Shown: positions 30,475 through 41,095 of the stretch, in pieces
Numbering within the stretch: the first letter of the stretch is position 1
How the letters are laid out: the number at the start of each line of letters is the position of its first letter
Source: Candidatus Bathyarchaeota archaeon
Lineage (GTDB): Archaea > Thermoproteota > Bathyarchaeia > Bathyarchaeales > Bathycorpusculaceae
Length of the DNA stretch: 64,000 nucleotides
Assembly (NCBI GenBank): GCA_963775895.1
Contig: CAVZKL010000013.1
Coordinates: 1 to 64,000, forward strand
Reading direction: 5' to 3'
Made by a program: the position numbers and the translations under genes
The notes under the pieces: generated by a model
Seen by the model: the letters and a program-made list of their open reading frames with translations, nothing else
The model's database searches: none
What the model was told of the DNA's origin: nothing

Positions 30475-30948
30475 TTGAATAGTCTTATTAATTTACTATT
30501 CCCTACAAAATTCAAGGCGAACAGTATGGAGTCTAAAGAACACGAAGCCGAACAAGAACTGGCTGACGCAGAAGAACCATGGATGGTAGAGAGCGCAACG
30601 GCAGAGGATCAGGCAGAACCAAAATCGACCAGAGATGCCAAGACAACGCCTAAGGAGAAGGAAGAACCGAAGAAGAAAATCAACATGTTGTATTTCGGCC
30701 CAAGCAACGGGGCAGACAAAAAAGTCTTCGTGAACGGACTCTCGGTCGGTTTGGGAGTCGGATGTATCACCACGTTCATAGTAATGTGGATTGCAGTGTT
30801 CTTCACCCCGCAAATGCCTGTGGGTGCAACGTACCAAGACTTGCTTTCAATATTCATCTTCCCAATGATCTACTTGCTCGCGATCGGTCTGATCACGTTG
30901 ACAACGGGCCTAGTAAGAGAGTACTACATGGTAAAATTCAAGCCCTAG
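30475..30948 (+). CDS. Membrane protein with acidic N-terminus
   Basis: Two C-terminal TM segments; likely start at MESKE. Confidence 0.6.
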   Translation: MNSLINLLFPTKFKANSMESKEHEAEQELADAEEPWMVESATAEDQAEPKSTRDAKTTPKEKEEPKKKINMLYFGPSNGADKKVFVNGLSVGLGVGCITTFIVMWIAVFFTPQMPVGATYQDLLSIFIFPMIYLLAIGLITLTTGLVREYYMVKFKP

Positions 30949-31020
30949 AAAACGCCAATAGTCACACCTACTTTCTCACTCAACAAAGCATTTAACACGT
31001 AACAACGTGAAACTATAATT

Positions 31021-31654
31021 GTGGAACAGATGTCTTCGTTCAAACAGTCGCTTGAAAAATTAACAAAAGAGAAGGCGCCTGGACCCACAGCTTCATTCTC
31101 TGCAGTTCATTTGCTCTTGGCGATAGAGCGCGTTGCAGAGAAACCGATCGGACGAAATAGACTCGCAAAAGAGCTGAGGATTGGAGAAGGTGCAGTGAGA
31201 ACTCTTTTAGAAAGACTTAGGGAGGCAGGCTTGATTCGGACATCGAAGACAGGATGCTCACTCACTCGAGAAGGACTGAAACTGTTTGAGCAATATCGAT
31301 CTGCCATCAAGGAAAGCGAGGATTGAAAAGAACGAATTGACCTTAACGGACTACAACTACGCCGTTCTCGTCAAGAACAGCGCCCAAAAAGTAAAAACAG
31401 GAATCGAACAGCGGGACGCGGCGGTCATGGCAGGTGCGAAAAACGCGACTACGATAGTGTGCAAGAAGGGACGACTGGTATTTCCATTTGCCAACCGGGA
31501 AATGAACGATTTTCTGAAAGCCTCGTCCCAGATTGAGAGAATTCTGAAACCTGAAGAGAATGATGCAATAATAATCGTGGGCTCAGATAGACCTGAAAAA
31601 GCTGAATACGGCGCGCTGGCTGCCGCATGGACACTTCTGGACAACGACTGTTGA
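31021..31654 (+). CDS. wHTH + DUF4443-type regulator, frameshifted near 31310
   Basis: PIGRNRLAKELRIGEGAVRTL; second frame GIEQRDAAVMAGAKNATT. Confidence 0.7.
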
Positions 31655-31673
31655 TAAAAGCCGGTCAAATTGG

Positions 31674-32441
31674 TTAGAAGGTATACTTGTCTCCCTGGGC
31701 AAGAACGCGTTCCAGAGCAGTGTTGAAATTTATCATTCCCTCGCTAGTCTTCGCCGAGACAGGCAGCAAGGGGAATTTCAACCCAAGTTTCCAGATGACC
31801 TGCATCATGTTTCTGTTCAACAGTCGCTTCGTTCCTTCAAGCTTCTGATCTATCGCATCGGCCAAATCATCTTGACGGGCAGACCAGTCCACAATCCTGT
31901 CGACCTCTTCTCTCGGCAACAGGTCGCATTTGGAAAGCACGTGGAGTTGAGGAAGAGTGAAACGGTTGAAAACCGCTGTGGACAGGAAGAGATTTGAAAC
32001 ATAGTTCGACGGGTTCAGAGAGAAAACAGCATCATACAGGTACACAACGGCTTTCTGTTCCTTAGTAAGCTCATTAGCGATGAAAGGCCCGCTTTCCCTG
32101 AAGGCAAACAGTTCCATCTGCCCTGAAGTGTCAACCAGAACTATATCTGACCGCAACTCCTCAACCTCTTTTGTAATCTCCTCAATCTGATCAGCAACCA
32201 AATCAGCGGCCATGATCAGAGCCCCATTTGGACCTAACCGATACTTCTCCATTATTCCACCAATATCGACGTAATCTCGAACGTCCACATCCGGCGAATA
32301 CGGCAGCACGTCAACCCCAGGATCCAAATTCACCGTTGTAACATCCTGCTTGGATATCCTGAGCCAGTCTCCGAACGCCGCGGTAAGCCTAGACTTTCCA
32401 GAACCAGCGGTTCCGACTATAAAGACGACAAACACGTTCAA
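31674..32441 (-). CDS. GPN-loop GTPase
   Basis: GTAGSGKS, NLDPG, LGPNG, DTSGQMELF, SKCD. Confidence 0.9.
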   Translation of the reverse strand: MNVFVVFIVGTAGSGKSRLTAAFGDWLRISKQDVTTVNLDPGVDVLPYSPDVDVRDYVDIGGIMEKYRLGPNGALIMAADLVADQIEEITKEVEELRSDIVLVDTSGQMELFAFRESGPFIANELTKEQKAVVYLYDAVFSLNPSNYVSNLFLSTAVFNRFTLPQLHVLSKCDLLPREEVDRIVDWSARQDDLADAIDQKLEGTKRLLNRNMMQVIWKLGLKFPLLPVSAKTSEGMINFNTALERVLAQGDKYTF

Positions 32442-32539
32442 TCAATCTCCAACAAATCGTCAGGCACTTTTCAGAGTGTGAAACACGCCTTTCTTAAGTA
32501 ATAGCTCTTTCTCCTTTAATGCCGCATCCGACAGTTTAG

Positions 32540-33325
32540 TCAAATCTGAAAGAAGATCTTTTTTCGGCGTGTAAACGTGCAAGCCTCAGTGTATCCTGCC
32601 TTTTTCGCCAATTTCACTGCCTCGATAAGGTTAAGACCCAAATCGTCAGGGTTGTGGGCGTCTGAACCGAAAGTGATTGGAACGGAGCAGTCACGCAGTA
32701 TCTTGAGAAACTGCAGGCCTGGGTAGATTTCCCTGCATGGTCGTTCTAGCCCTTTCGCGTTTACTTCAGCACACATGTGTGAACCTGCAATCGCTTTGGC
32801 TGTTTCCTTGTAGATTTGCGAGATGTCACTTTCAGGCTTGAGGCCAAAAATCTTGACGAGATCTGGATGACCCACGATGTCGAATAAGCCCGTTGCACAC
32901 ATTTCCCTCACCAGTCCGAAGTACTCGTCATAAGACTTCAACGGATCTCTCTCGGAGTGTTCAAAAATTCGCCTAGGATCATCAACACCCCAATCGCCGA
33001 CGTAATGAACCGAGCCTATGACATAGTCAAACGGATAATTCTTGAGTAACTCTCGTATCTGACCGATTCTGTCTGGAAAATAGTCCACCTCGCAACCAAG
33101 CTTCACCTTGACATCTGACGTTTCCCTCGCAGTAACGAAATCTTCCACGTACTGGTCCATCATCTTTTTGAAGAAGTCTGAGGGTTCGTTCAGGCGATCC
33201 TTGTCAATATGGTCCGAAAAACCTATCTCAGCAATCTCCTTTTCCTTCGCTTTGCGAACGTATTCTTCCATAGTTCCCTTGCCATCGGATGAAGCTCTCG
33301 TGTGAATGTGATAATCTACGATCAT
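32540..33325 (-). CDS. Histidinol-phosphatase, PHP/HisJ family
   Basis: DYHIHT, SDH, GSVH, GHPDL, GSDAH. Confidence 0.85.
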   Translation of the reverse strand: MIVDYHIHTRASSDGKGTMEEYVRKAKEKEIAEIGFSDHIDKDRLNEPSDFFKKMMDQYVEDFVTARETSDVKVKLGCEVDYFPDRIGQIRELLKNYPFDYVIGSVHYVGDWGVDDPRRIFEHSERDPLKSYDEYFGLVREMCATGLFDIVGHPDLVKIFGLKPESDISQIYKETAKAIAGSHMCAEVNAKGLERPCREIYPGLQFLKILRDCSVPITFGSDAHNPDDLGLNLIEAVKLAKKAGYTEACTFTRRKKIFFQI

Positions 33326-34157
33326 TCAGTTTCGCCAGTTTCTATCTTGCTGACTGTTCCGCCGTTCCTGCGTACAAGGTCAGACAATTGAACGATTGCA
33401 CTGTTCAATCGATCCCTAGCGATGTTGCCGTCTTCCGCGGTTGTTGAGAAATGAAGCTCTATGTGCGATTTCTTCCCTTCAACTTGTGGGACAGTCTTGG
33501 TGTAGACGTGCGATTTCAAGTAAACACGCGGGTTGCTACGCATCACCTCGTCGATCAGCGGTGCCAAACTCGATTCCATGATTCCGTCCAAGTAAATACT
33601 AGCTTCAAAAAAGGCCAATTTGCCCGCTTGTTTTTTCATCATAGGCGCGATTGACTCTTCGAAAATCGCCTCCATTTCAGGAGGAACGCCTGGTAAAGCT
33701 ATCAACAAGGTTCTTTTCACTCTAACCAGCATTCCAGGAGCCGTTCCAACAGGGTTACGCAATGCTAGTGCGCCTTCAGGAAAAGTAGCCATCTTGACCC
33801 GTGCAGGCGTCATCTCAACTTTTTCGATTCGCCCTTCTCTCAGCAGAGCCTCGTACTTTGCTCGCACCAGTGGCAGCGCTTGGTCGTTGACTTCAAGTTT
33901 CACCCGCAATGCTTCGGCAATGCCTTCGAGCGTTTTGTCGTCAAAAGTCGGCCGAGACCGCCAGTAGTTATGATGAAGCGTGGATTTCGCCTCAGGACTT
34001 CACGGATCACCGCTGCAATTTCGCTGATGTCATCGCTAACAACCGTGATCCTTTGAACATTCATTCCCAAAGCGGTCGAGCGTTTCGCAAGCCAATGAGC
34101 GTTGGTGTTCAATGTTTTACCTATCAGCAGTTCATTTCCTATGCAGACCAGTTCCAT
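33322..34157 (-). CDS. CinA-like molybdopterin-binding-domain protein, frameshifted near 33950
   Basis: IGNELLIGKTLNTN, TTGGLG(PTFDDKT), NPVGTAPG, LPGVPPEM. Confidence 0.8.
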
Positions 34158-34260
34158 CTTTACGCTCGTTGCGAGACTCCTCCGTTTGAGCGATTAGTCA
34201 GAAGCCGTTCATTCTTTTATGCTGTTTGCTAGAGTTTCCTACAAAGCTGCGGCAAGGACC

Positions 34261-34467
34261 TTACTTTTTCTTGCTCAAATACCATTTCAGGTATTCTTTC
34301 TTCTTTTTCTGCTGCTCCTCTTCCGCAGACTCTGTTTTTGGCCTGAGCTTTTCTCTGAGCTCCATCAGTTCCTGCTGCGTAACAGACAGACCGCAACTCT
34401 TGCACACGTAATGCTTAGTGGCAAGCATGTACTGCATCTCGCCGCCACATTCTGGACAATACGGCAT
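34261..34467 (-). CDS. Small Zn-ribbon protein
   Basis: CPECGG..YVCKSCG plus charged tail. Confidence 0.7.
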   Translation of the reverse strand: MPYCPECGGEMQYMLATKHYVCKSCGLSVTQQELMELREKLRPKTESAEEEQQKKKKEYLKWYLSKKK

Positions 34468-34537
34468 TCTCGTTCACTTATTTCTCGGTCTAGAATGATT
34501 TCGGTTTGAGAAATAGCTTTCGCTCACCATTGCCGAT

Positions 34538-35650
34538 TCATGTCATAGAGTTTTCAAGACCAGCGTCTCTTGCGATTTGGAGCGCATCGTCCATCTCGGC
34601 GTTCGTTAGTCTTCTGCGTAACTCTGGAACTTCGAACGCCCGCCATTCTGGCCTGTACTGAAACATTATGTTTACCCGCGTGGATGTGCCAAGCTTCTTT
34701 GCGATCCAGTTGACTATTGGCCTCGTGCAACAGTCAAGATGTTCAGGCAGAACGAGCACCCGCACTATAGTTTCTCCGTACTTTTCAGCCTGTAAGTGAT
34801 TGTAGGTGCACACTTTCCAGTAACGCGGAGCATCAGAGATCTTCACCGCGCACATTTTGGGACCGTACTTGAAATCCAACAGGTAAACGTCTACAAAACC
34901 AGCCAACAGTCGAGCGGTTTCAGGACTGTAGTACGTGTTTGAATTCCAGACGATTGGTACGTTCACGTTAACCTGCTTGAACACGTTCAGCCACTGAAAC
35001 AGCCAGGGCGTCGGTTCTCCACCGACAAGGTTGACGTTCCTGCAGCCATTCAGACGCAATTGTTCAATCTTTCTTGCCAATTCCTCACGTTCATAAGTCA
35101 CACCCTCTTCTTCCCATTGAGAGATCGTCCAGTTCTGACAGTGCTTGCACCGGATAGTGCAGCCCATAGTAAAAATGGTTCCAGAGGGAATCAGTTCGGG
35201 CTCTTCACCCATGTGTTCGAAGATGCTTGAAACCTTCATCTCCACCCCGCATTTGCAGTAACCCAATCGCCCCTCTAGTCTGTTTACGGCACATCTACGC
35301 GCACATAGGTGACATGACAAAAGAATTCTGTGTGCAATTTCGATCTTCAAGTCAAAGTAGGACTTCTCTGGCGTCGAAACGGTTCCGAGACAAACTTCAT
35401 CATTATCAACTGACTTCTCAAACTCGTAGAACTTCCGTGTAAGAACGGCGTGTTTTCGCCATAGGGTACTGACCGTGTCCTGTTCATTGAAATCAGCCGG
35501 GAGCTTCCTAGCGATCAAAAACTTGGCTGCCTTCTCACCTTTCATCACGGAAAAGTATCTGCCAAGGCTTTTTCTCGCCAAGTAGTCCTCTGTTTTCGAG
35601 TTAGCGTCTGTTCGCAGAAATCTCCATCTCCAACTTTTCACTCTAGTCAA
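34538..35650 (-). CDS. Radical SAM protein, PflX-like
   Basis: CHLCARRC, GEEPEL, CTIRCKHCQN, VGGEPT. Confidence 0.85.
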   Translation of the reverse strand: MTRVKSWRWRFLRTDANSKTEDYLARKSLGRYFSVMKGEKAAKFLIARKLPADFNEQDTVSTLWRKHAVLTRKFYEFEKSVDNDEVCLGTVSTPEKSYFDLKIEIAHRILLSCHLCARRCAVNRLEGRLGYCKCGVEMKVSSIFEHMGEEPELIPSGTIFTMGCTIRCKHCQNWTISQWEEEGVTYEREELARKIEQLRLNGCRNVNLVGGEPTPWLFQWLNVFKQVNVNVPIVWNSNTYYSPETARLLAGFVDVYLLDFKYGPKMCAVKISDAPRYWKVCTYNHLQAEKYGETIVRVLVLPEHLDCCTRPIVNWIAKKLGTSTRVNIMFQYRPEWRAFEVPELRRRLTNAEMDDALQIARDAGLENSMT

Positions 35651-35657
35651 ACACAGG

Positions 35658-36713
35658 TCAAATTATAGCATAAGGATAGGAGTGTCCGCCAGGATGCAGC
35701 TTACCTTTTATTGGAATATCGTGTCCACAGACGGGACAACGCATATCCTTCGTCAAGTTCCAACGGGTAATCGTGAAGCTGTAACGCTTTATCACCATTT
35801 CATTACAGTTCGGACAATAAGTGCTCTCACACGGATGACCCGCCACGTTTCCAACGTAAACGTAGTCCAAGCCAGACTCTTTTGCGGCCACGTAGGCTTT
35901 TTCAAGAGTCTCAACAGGCGTCGATCCAGTTCCAGTTAGCTGATAATCAGGGTGAAAACGCAGCAGATGGAAGGGTGTTTCCTTCCCTATTCCATCTCTG
36001 ATCCAACTGGCAAGTTCTCTTATTCTTTCCAAGGAGTCTCCCGTCTTTGGTACAACCAGGTTAGTGATTTCGATGTGAATGTTGTTTCTTCTCATCTCTT
36101 TCAAAGCTTCGAAAATTGGCGCGACAGAAGGAACAGCTGAAAAGGTCTTGTAGAATTCAGGATCAGCGCCACCCTTGAAATCAACAGTGGCGGCGTCAAG
36201 ATAAGGAGCTATCGTCTTGACAGCCTCAGGTGTCATGTATCCGTTCGTTACAAACGTGTTGAAAAAACCAACTTGACGCGCAAGTTTGGACGTGTCATAA
36301 GCGTACTCGAAAAATATCGTCGGCTCAGTGTACGTGTAGCTTATTCCTTGGCAATCATTGTCTCTGGCAGCTTTCACGACTTCTTCAGGCGGGAAATGTT
36401 TGCCAGCAATTTTCTTCTCTTGACTTATCATCCAATTGTCACAGAATTGACAGCGAAAGTTGCACCCTATTGTGGCAACGGACATGACCATTGCTCCCGG
36501 ATTGAAGTGTGACAACGGCTTCTTCTCAATAGGGTCAATACCCGCCGAAACGGCTTTGGCATAGTTCAACGAATACAGGACGCCGCCCTCGTTCTTTCTT
36601 ACGAGGCAGAACCCTGTTCCGCCATCGTTTATCCGGCACTTTCTCGCACAGAGAAAACAGTTTACTCTTTTTTCGTCGATCTTCTCGTACAGCATCGCTT
36701 CATGAAGCGACAA
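35658..36713 (-). CDS. AmmeMemoRadiSam system radical SAM enzyme
   Basis: DPIEKKPL, GCNFRCQFCDN, YTYTEP, RFHPDY, TYCPNC. Confidence 0.88.
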   Translation of the reverse strand: MSLHEAMLYEKIDEKRVNCFLCARKCRINDGGTGFCLVRKNEGGVLYSLNYAKAVSAGIDPIEKKPLSHFNPGAMVMSVATIGCNFRCQFCDNWMISQEKKIAGKHFPPEEVVKAARDNDCQGISYTYTEPTIFFEYAYDTSKLARQVGFFNTFVTNGYMTPEAVKTIAPYLDAATVDFKGGADPEFYKTFSAVPSVAPIFEALKEMRRNNIHIEITNLVVPKTGDSLERIRELASWIRDGIGKETPFHLLRFHPDYQLTGTGSTPVETLEKAYVAAKESGLDYVYVGNVAGHPCESTYCPNCNEMVIKRYSFTITRWNLTKDMRCPVCGHDIPIKGKLHPGGHSYPYAII

Positions 36714-36756
36714 CCAACTACCCTCTTGAGTTCTCGTTCGGGTCTCAGCTTATAAA

Positions 36757-37378
36757 TTAAGCCCTCTCAGTTTTCTCTGCAGGCTGCTCTTTGAGCTCAA
36801 AGACTAATGGGGAAGATGTCGTTTTGATATCCAATTCGATGTCGAACAATCCTTCCAGCAGACCTGCCCATATGTCAGACTCGTCGATGAAGGGCGTTTT
36901 GATGAGTATATACTTGTCCTTCAAATAGAAATCACCGAACCCCTGAACTCGGAGCCGCTTGAAAACATCCGTGCCATTTTTCCCGTTCCTGAGTACTAAG
37001 TCCCAAGGTTGTCTCAAGAGAGACTTTGATGGCTTCGCCCATGTTTCTCCCGATTTCGCGCCACTTATCTTCAGGCGTGTTCTTTATCAGCACGTTGAGG
37101 AGTTCGACGTTGACAAAGGCAATGCGGCTTATTCCACAATAGTATTCCCCTGGAAAACGCCAGTCATAAATCATCATGCTGCGGTACACGTCAAGCATTT
37201 TGGAGATCAGAGGCTTAATTCCCGGCTCTTTTCCTTCACGGATTAAGGAGTCGATGAATTCTCTTTCATCTTTGTCAAGGATTATCGTCGTTCTTCTCGG
37301 TGAGCCTTGGTCTTTATCAATCATTTCTCGGAGTTTCTTTTCTTTGTCGTCCTGCATAGATGATATATCTTGCAGCAT
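36757..37378 (-). CDS. Hypothetical protein (RHH-like N-terminus), frameshifted near 36985
   Basis: Two overlapping ORFs (36932-37378 and 36757-37017) read as one protein. Confidence 0.55.
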
Positions 37379-37422
37379 ATTTTATATAATTTGCTCCTCA
37401 GCCGAAGCATATTCAAACATAA

Positions 37423-37767
37423 TCAGGATCGAACCATCACCAAGAGCATCTTGAACCGTTTAGTTGCTTTCAAAGCGTGCGGCTCGTTCGCCGGTATGAC
37501 AACCATTTCTCCTGCCTTCACAATCGAGGACTTGCCGCCGATCGTGACATTGGCTTCACCGTCGATGATTTGAATCAGTGCATCATAAGGAGCGGTGTGT
37601 TCACTCAAACTCTCAGTCTCGTCAAAAGCAAAAAGCGTAACCGTTCCAGCCTTCTTGTCAATGATGGTTCTGCTTACGACCGAGCCCTCCTGGTAGTCTA
37701 TTAAGCCAGTCATTTTTGTCGGTAATGAAAACTCTGATTTCGGAATCTTGTCCCTAGATCGCTTCAA
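37423..37767 (-). CDS. Cupin domain protein
   Basis: LFAFD..LSEHTAPYDA..PANEPHAL. Confidence 0.88.
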   Translation of the reverse strand: MKRSRDKIPKSEFSLPTKMTGLIDYQEGSVVSRTIIDKKAGTVTLFAFDETESLSEHTAPYDALIQIIDGEANVTIGGKSSIVKAGEMVVIPANEPHALKATKRFKMLLVMVRS

Positions 37768-37876
37768 ATGCTCACCCTCTTCACATGCTGAAACGATGAT
37801 TAACGATTAATGATATATAATCTTATCAGCTAGATTGACCGAACGATTTTTAATGCAGGCAAAGTACTGTTTAACT

Positions 37877-37933
37877 TGCCGATGACGAGCCATATCCTCT
37901 GAAAAAATGATGTACTCTAGGGTATCTGAGGCA
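37877..37933 (+). ncRNA. C/D box guide sRNA
   Basis: TGCC-GATGA(C)-13 nt-CTGA(D')-AAAA-ATGATG(C')-13 nt-CTGA(D)-GGCA, with TGCC/GGCA terminal stem, intergenic, TTTTAA about 25 nt upstream. Confidence 0.8.
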
Positions 37934-37947
37934 GAAATACCAACCGA

Positions 37948-38178
37948 CTAAACGAGTATCTTCTTTTTGATAAGATACCACATGAGCACTAGCCCAGCGA
38001 TTACCATTGCGACGCCGCCAATAGTGGCAGTACGGTAGCTCCGGTGAAGAATATCAGTCACAGCATATGTCGCATAGGGTCCTCCGAACAGCAGTACTGC
38101 CATGATAAGTATCAAGAGCATCTTCAAGTACTTCGAACGGTTTCCTGCGGCTCCTGTCTTTTGTTTGTCTTCCGACAT
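37948..38178 (-). CDS. Small two-TM membrane protein
   Basis: 76 aa, two hydrophobic helices. Confidence 0.6.
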   Translation of the reverse strand: MSEDKQKTGAAGNRSKYLKMLLILIMAVLLFGGPYATYAVTDILHRSYRTATIGGVAMVIAGLVLMWYLIKKKILV

Positions 38179-38220
38179 TTGTCCTGCGCCTCGGTGGTAC
38201 GTTAAAATTGACGCTTTCTC

Positions 38221-38877
38221 TTATAACCCTTCCTTAACTTCGTTGCCTAAAGCTTTCATCAGGAACTTGAACACGGCGAAACCAGCTCCACGATCTGCCC
38301 TGAAACCCGTCGTGGCTCCCAGCAGACAAACTCCTTCCAATCCGCGTTCCTTAGCAAGCCCTAATATTAGACCAGTGGCGCCAACGACTCTTCCTTTGCT
38401 GTAGATGACAGCGCCCTTTTCCATAAAATCCAAAGCCAGTCGCGATGAGGTGGCTGCAACGTACACCTGGGCCTTTTCCTCCTTGACAGGTGCTCCCCCG
38501 ATCGTGACGATAAAATTGCAGCCTCTTTTTTGAACAAAATCTAACGTTTCACTACAAAGCGAATAATGAGCTACGACATCGTCAAAAGACGGTTGGGTGT
38601 CCCCAGTCATTATTATGAAGTTGTTCTTCTCTGTGGTTGCGGAATAGAATTCGTACCGTGGCAAGTGGCAAATGCCTTTTCCGTTCACTGACACATAATC
38701 TGGAAATGAAGGGGCGTACAACTCTGCAAATAGCTTAGCCCCACAGAACTTCATCAACAGATAAGCGGCAATCTTGCCCACGTTTCCGAAGCCAGGAAGA
38801 CCCTGAACAAAGATTGGATTCTTCAGTTCAGGATTATAGAGTTCTCGAAGGTAAGGCCCGTTCAAACCCTTCAACAC
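38221..38877 (-). CDS. PAC2 family proteasome assembly chaperone
   Basis: GLPGFGNVGKIAA, GDTQP, VTIGG, VGATGLILG. Confidence 0.85.
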   Translation of the reverse strand: MLKGLNGPYLRELYNPELKNPIFVQGLPGFGNVGKIAAYLLMKFCGAKLFAELYAPSFPDYVSVNGKGICHLPRYEFYSATTEKNNFIIMTGDTQPSFDDVVAHYSLCSETLDFVQKRGCNFIVTIGGAPVKEEKAQVYVAATSSRLALDFMEKGAVIYSKGRVVGATGLILGLAKERGLEGVCLLGATTGFRADRGAGFAVFKFLMKALGNEVKEGL

Positions 38878-39109
38878 CAGACGGAATAGGTAATCATTGC
38901 AGGTCTAAAACGTTTCCGTATTCTTCGAAACCGCCACCAAAGGCCCTTCCAGGCAGGCTGTTGCATTGACCGATACTGTTAAGTTATTTGTGGTGACCGA
39001 AATTACTTGGAATAGAACATGCAGCCTCTGCTAGAGCCAGATTATCGCAAAATAGTTTAACCTGAACGAAGATATGAGTACAAGCAATATTTGTAAGAGA
39101 TGTGAATAG

Positions 39110-41095
39110 GTGCCAGAAGGCGAAAAGAACCCTGAATTAGATAGTTATTTTGGCACTGTCAAACACATACCTTACGGCAAAATACTCTGCTACATCACCT
39201 ATAAAATCAGAAAAAACACTCCTGAAGAGAACGTTAGGCAACGTATTGCAAAAAGTTTGGTTCAAGAATATCGTTATGGAAAAGAAGACATTGACGTAGA
39301 ATTTCCCATCAAGCTTGGCTCGTCAAACCCCAGAATTGATCTTCCGATTTTCTTAGAGGGTTCGTCTCACATACAAGAGAATATCTACATTGTCATCGAA
39401 ACAAAAAAAGAAAGCATTAAACCGACCGACAAAAAAGAAGGAGTAGATCAACTTAAGAGTTACATGGCAGCGTGCGTAAATTCTCAATTTGGAATGTGGA
39501 CAAACGGATTGGAAATACAATGTTTACAGAAGCTTGAAGAAAAAGGCAAGTACATCTTCAATGACATCATAGATATACCTTCAAAAGGAAAAACTATAGA
39601 CGAATTTGAAAAGCCCACTTTTGCTCGTTTGCGTCCTGCTGTAGACTTGCGTGCGGTCTTCAAGAGATGCCATAATTACATTTACGGAAATCAGGGATTA
39701 CCTAAAGACAAGGCGTTCCATGAACTCTTGAAACTTATCTTCAGCAAAGTGCGAGACGAACGAGAATCAAAGGAAGTTCAATTCTACACCACAAACAAAG
39801 AATTGCACTCGACAACTGGTCATCTTAAGGTTCGAAATAGAATCGGTAACTTGTTTGAAGAAGTTAAGTCCCAATATCCGCATATCTTCAGTGACCAAGA
39901 TGAAAAAATAGAACTAAACCCGATGGTATTAACCTACGTTGTTAACCAAATTCAACCATATTGCTTCCTTGAGACAGATGCGGATGTTAAAGGGGCTGCG
40001 TATGAAGAAATAGTCGGAGCTAATCTTAGAGGTGATCGAGGAGAGTTCTTTACTCCGAGAAATGTTTGTTCAATGGCTGTGGAGATGCTATTTTCAACTG
40101 TTCGTACAGAGTTGTGGAAAGATCTCAAAATAATTGATCCAGCGTGCGGTACTGGTGGTTTTCTGATAGCAATACTGAACTATGTCAAGGCCAAGTTCTA
40201 TGAAGAGGAATTTCTGAAATGGAATGGTGATGACCAGACTGCAACGCAACGAACCATGGACAGAATCAAACTATATTGCGAACACAGCCTCTATGGAATT
40301 GACATTAATCCTTTGCTCGTCAGAGCGACCCAAATGAACGAGGTAATGCATGGAAACGGTTCTGGAAATCTCTTCTCTGCAAATTCTCTCTTGTCGCCTA
40401 CAGAATGGCCAACCAACATGAGAGAAAAAATCGATCTGGCAAAATTTGATTTTGTGTTCACGAATCCTCCGTTTGGAACCAAGATCCCCATAGATGATCC
40501 GAATATCCTTTTGCAGTATGATTTGGGGCATATTTGGAGAAAGATTGGAGAACACGAATTTGAAATGACGGACAAATTGCGCAATTCAGTTGCTCCTGAG
40601 AAACTGTTTATTGAAAGATGCTTCCAGTTTGTTAAGCCAAAAGGCAGAATAGCTATAGTTTTGCCTGATAGTATTCTCTCTAATCCGAATTGCACATTCA
40701 TCCGTTATTGGATTTTAAAGCAGATGAAAGTAATAGCGAGTATAGATTTGCCAACAGAAACTTTCTTGCCCTTTGTTGGAACCCAAGCAAGTCTTCTCAT
40801 TTTACAGAAGAAAAAGGTTGATGAAATAGGCTTTGAAGATATAACAAAAGCCGCTCTTCAGTACGAGGTTTTCATGGCGACTCCAACAAAAGTTGGCCAT
40901 GATAGGAGAGGAAATCCAACTTATGTGCGAAGCCCAGAAGGCGATGAGTTATTCGTTGATATTGAAAAGCAAATTACACGAATTGATAAAGGACAGAAGA
41001 TTAAGGAAAACATTGTGCTTTCTGAAAGGGTAAGAGATGATGACCTTCCTGAAGTCAGTAGACTCTTTACATCTTGGTGGAGTGATAATAAGTGA
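39110..41095 (+). CDS. Restriction endonuclease-N6-adenine methyltransferase fusion (HsdR_N-like + HsdM-like)
   Basis: PEENVRQ, RID..IETKK PD-(D/E)xK core; GEFFTP, DPACGTGGF (motif I), NPPF (motif IV). Confidence 0.9.
   Translation: MPEGEKNPELDSYFGTVKHIPYGKILCYITYKIRKNTPEENVRQRIAKSLVQEYRYGKEDIDVEFPIKLGSSNPRIDLPIFLEGSSHIQENIYIVIETKKESIKPTDKKEGVDQLKSYMAACVNSQFGMWTNGLEIQCLQKLEEKGKYIFNDIIDIPSKGKTIDEFEKPTFARLRPAVDLRAVFKRCHNYIYGNQGLPKDKAFHELLKLIFSKVRDERESKEVQFYTTNKELHSTTGHLKVRNRIGNLFEEVKSQYPHIFSDQDEKIELNPMVLTYVVNQIQPYCFLETDADVKGAAYEEIVGANLRGDRGEFFTPRNVCSMAVEMLFSTVRTELWKDLKIIDPACGTGGFLIAILNYVKAKFYEEEFLKWNGDDQTATQRTMDRIKLYCEHSLYGIDINPLLVRATQMNEVMHGNGSGNLFSANSLLSPTEWPTNMREKIDLAKFDFVFTNPPFGTKIPIDDPNILLQYDLGHIWRKIGEHEFEMTDKLRNSVAPEKLFIERCFQFVKPKGRIAIVLPDSILSNPNCTFIRYWILKQMKVIASIDLPTETFLPFVGTQASLLILQKKKVDEIGFEDITKAALQYEVFMATPTKVGHDRRGNPTYVRSPEGDELFVDIEKQITRIDKGQKIKENIVLSERVRDDDLPEVSRLFTSWWSDNK

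Noticed and set aside
38924-38939. TTCGAAACCGCCACCA as a tRNA 3'-end att duplication
   Set aside because: Too short for a T-arm plus acceptor strand and does not match tRNA-iMet; the island is better explained by the TIRs and target duplication
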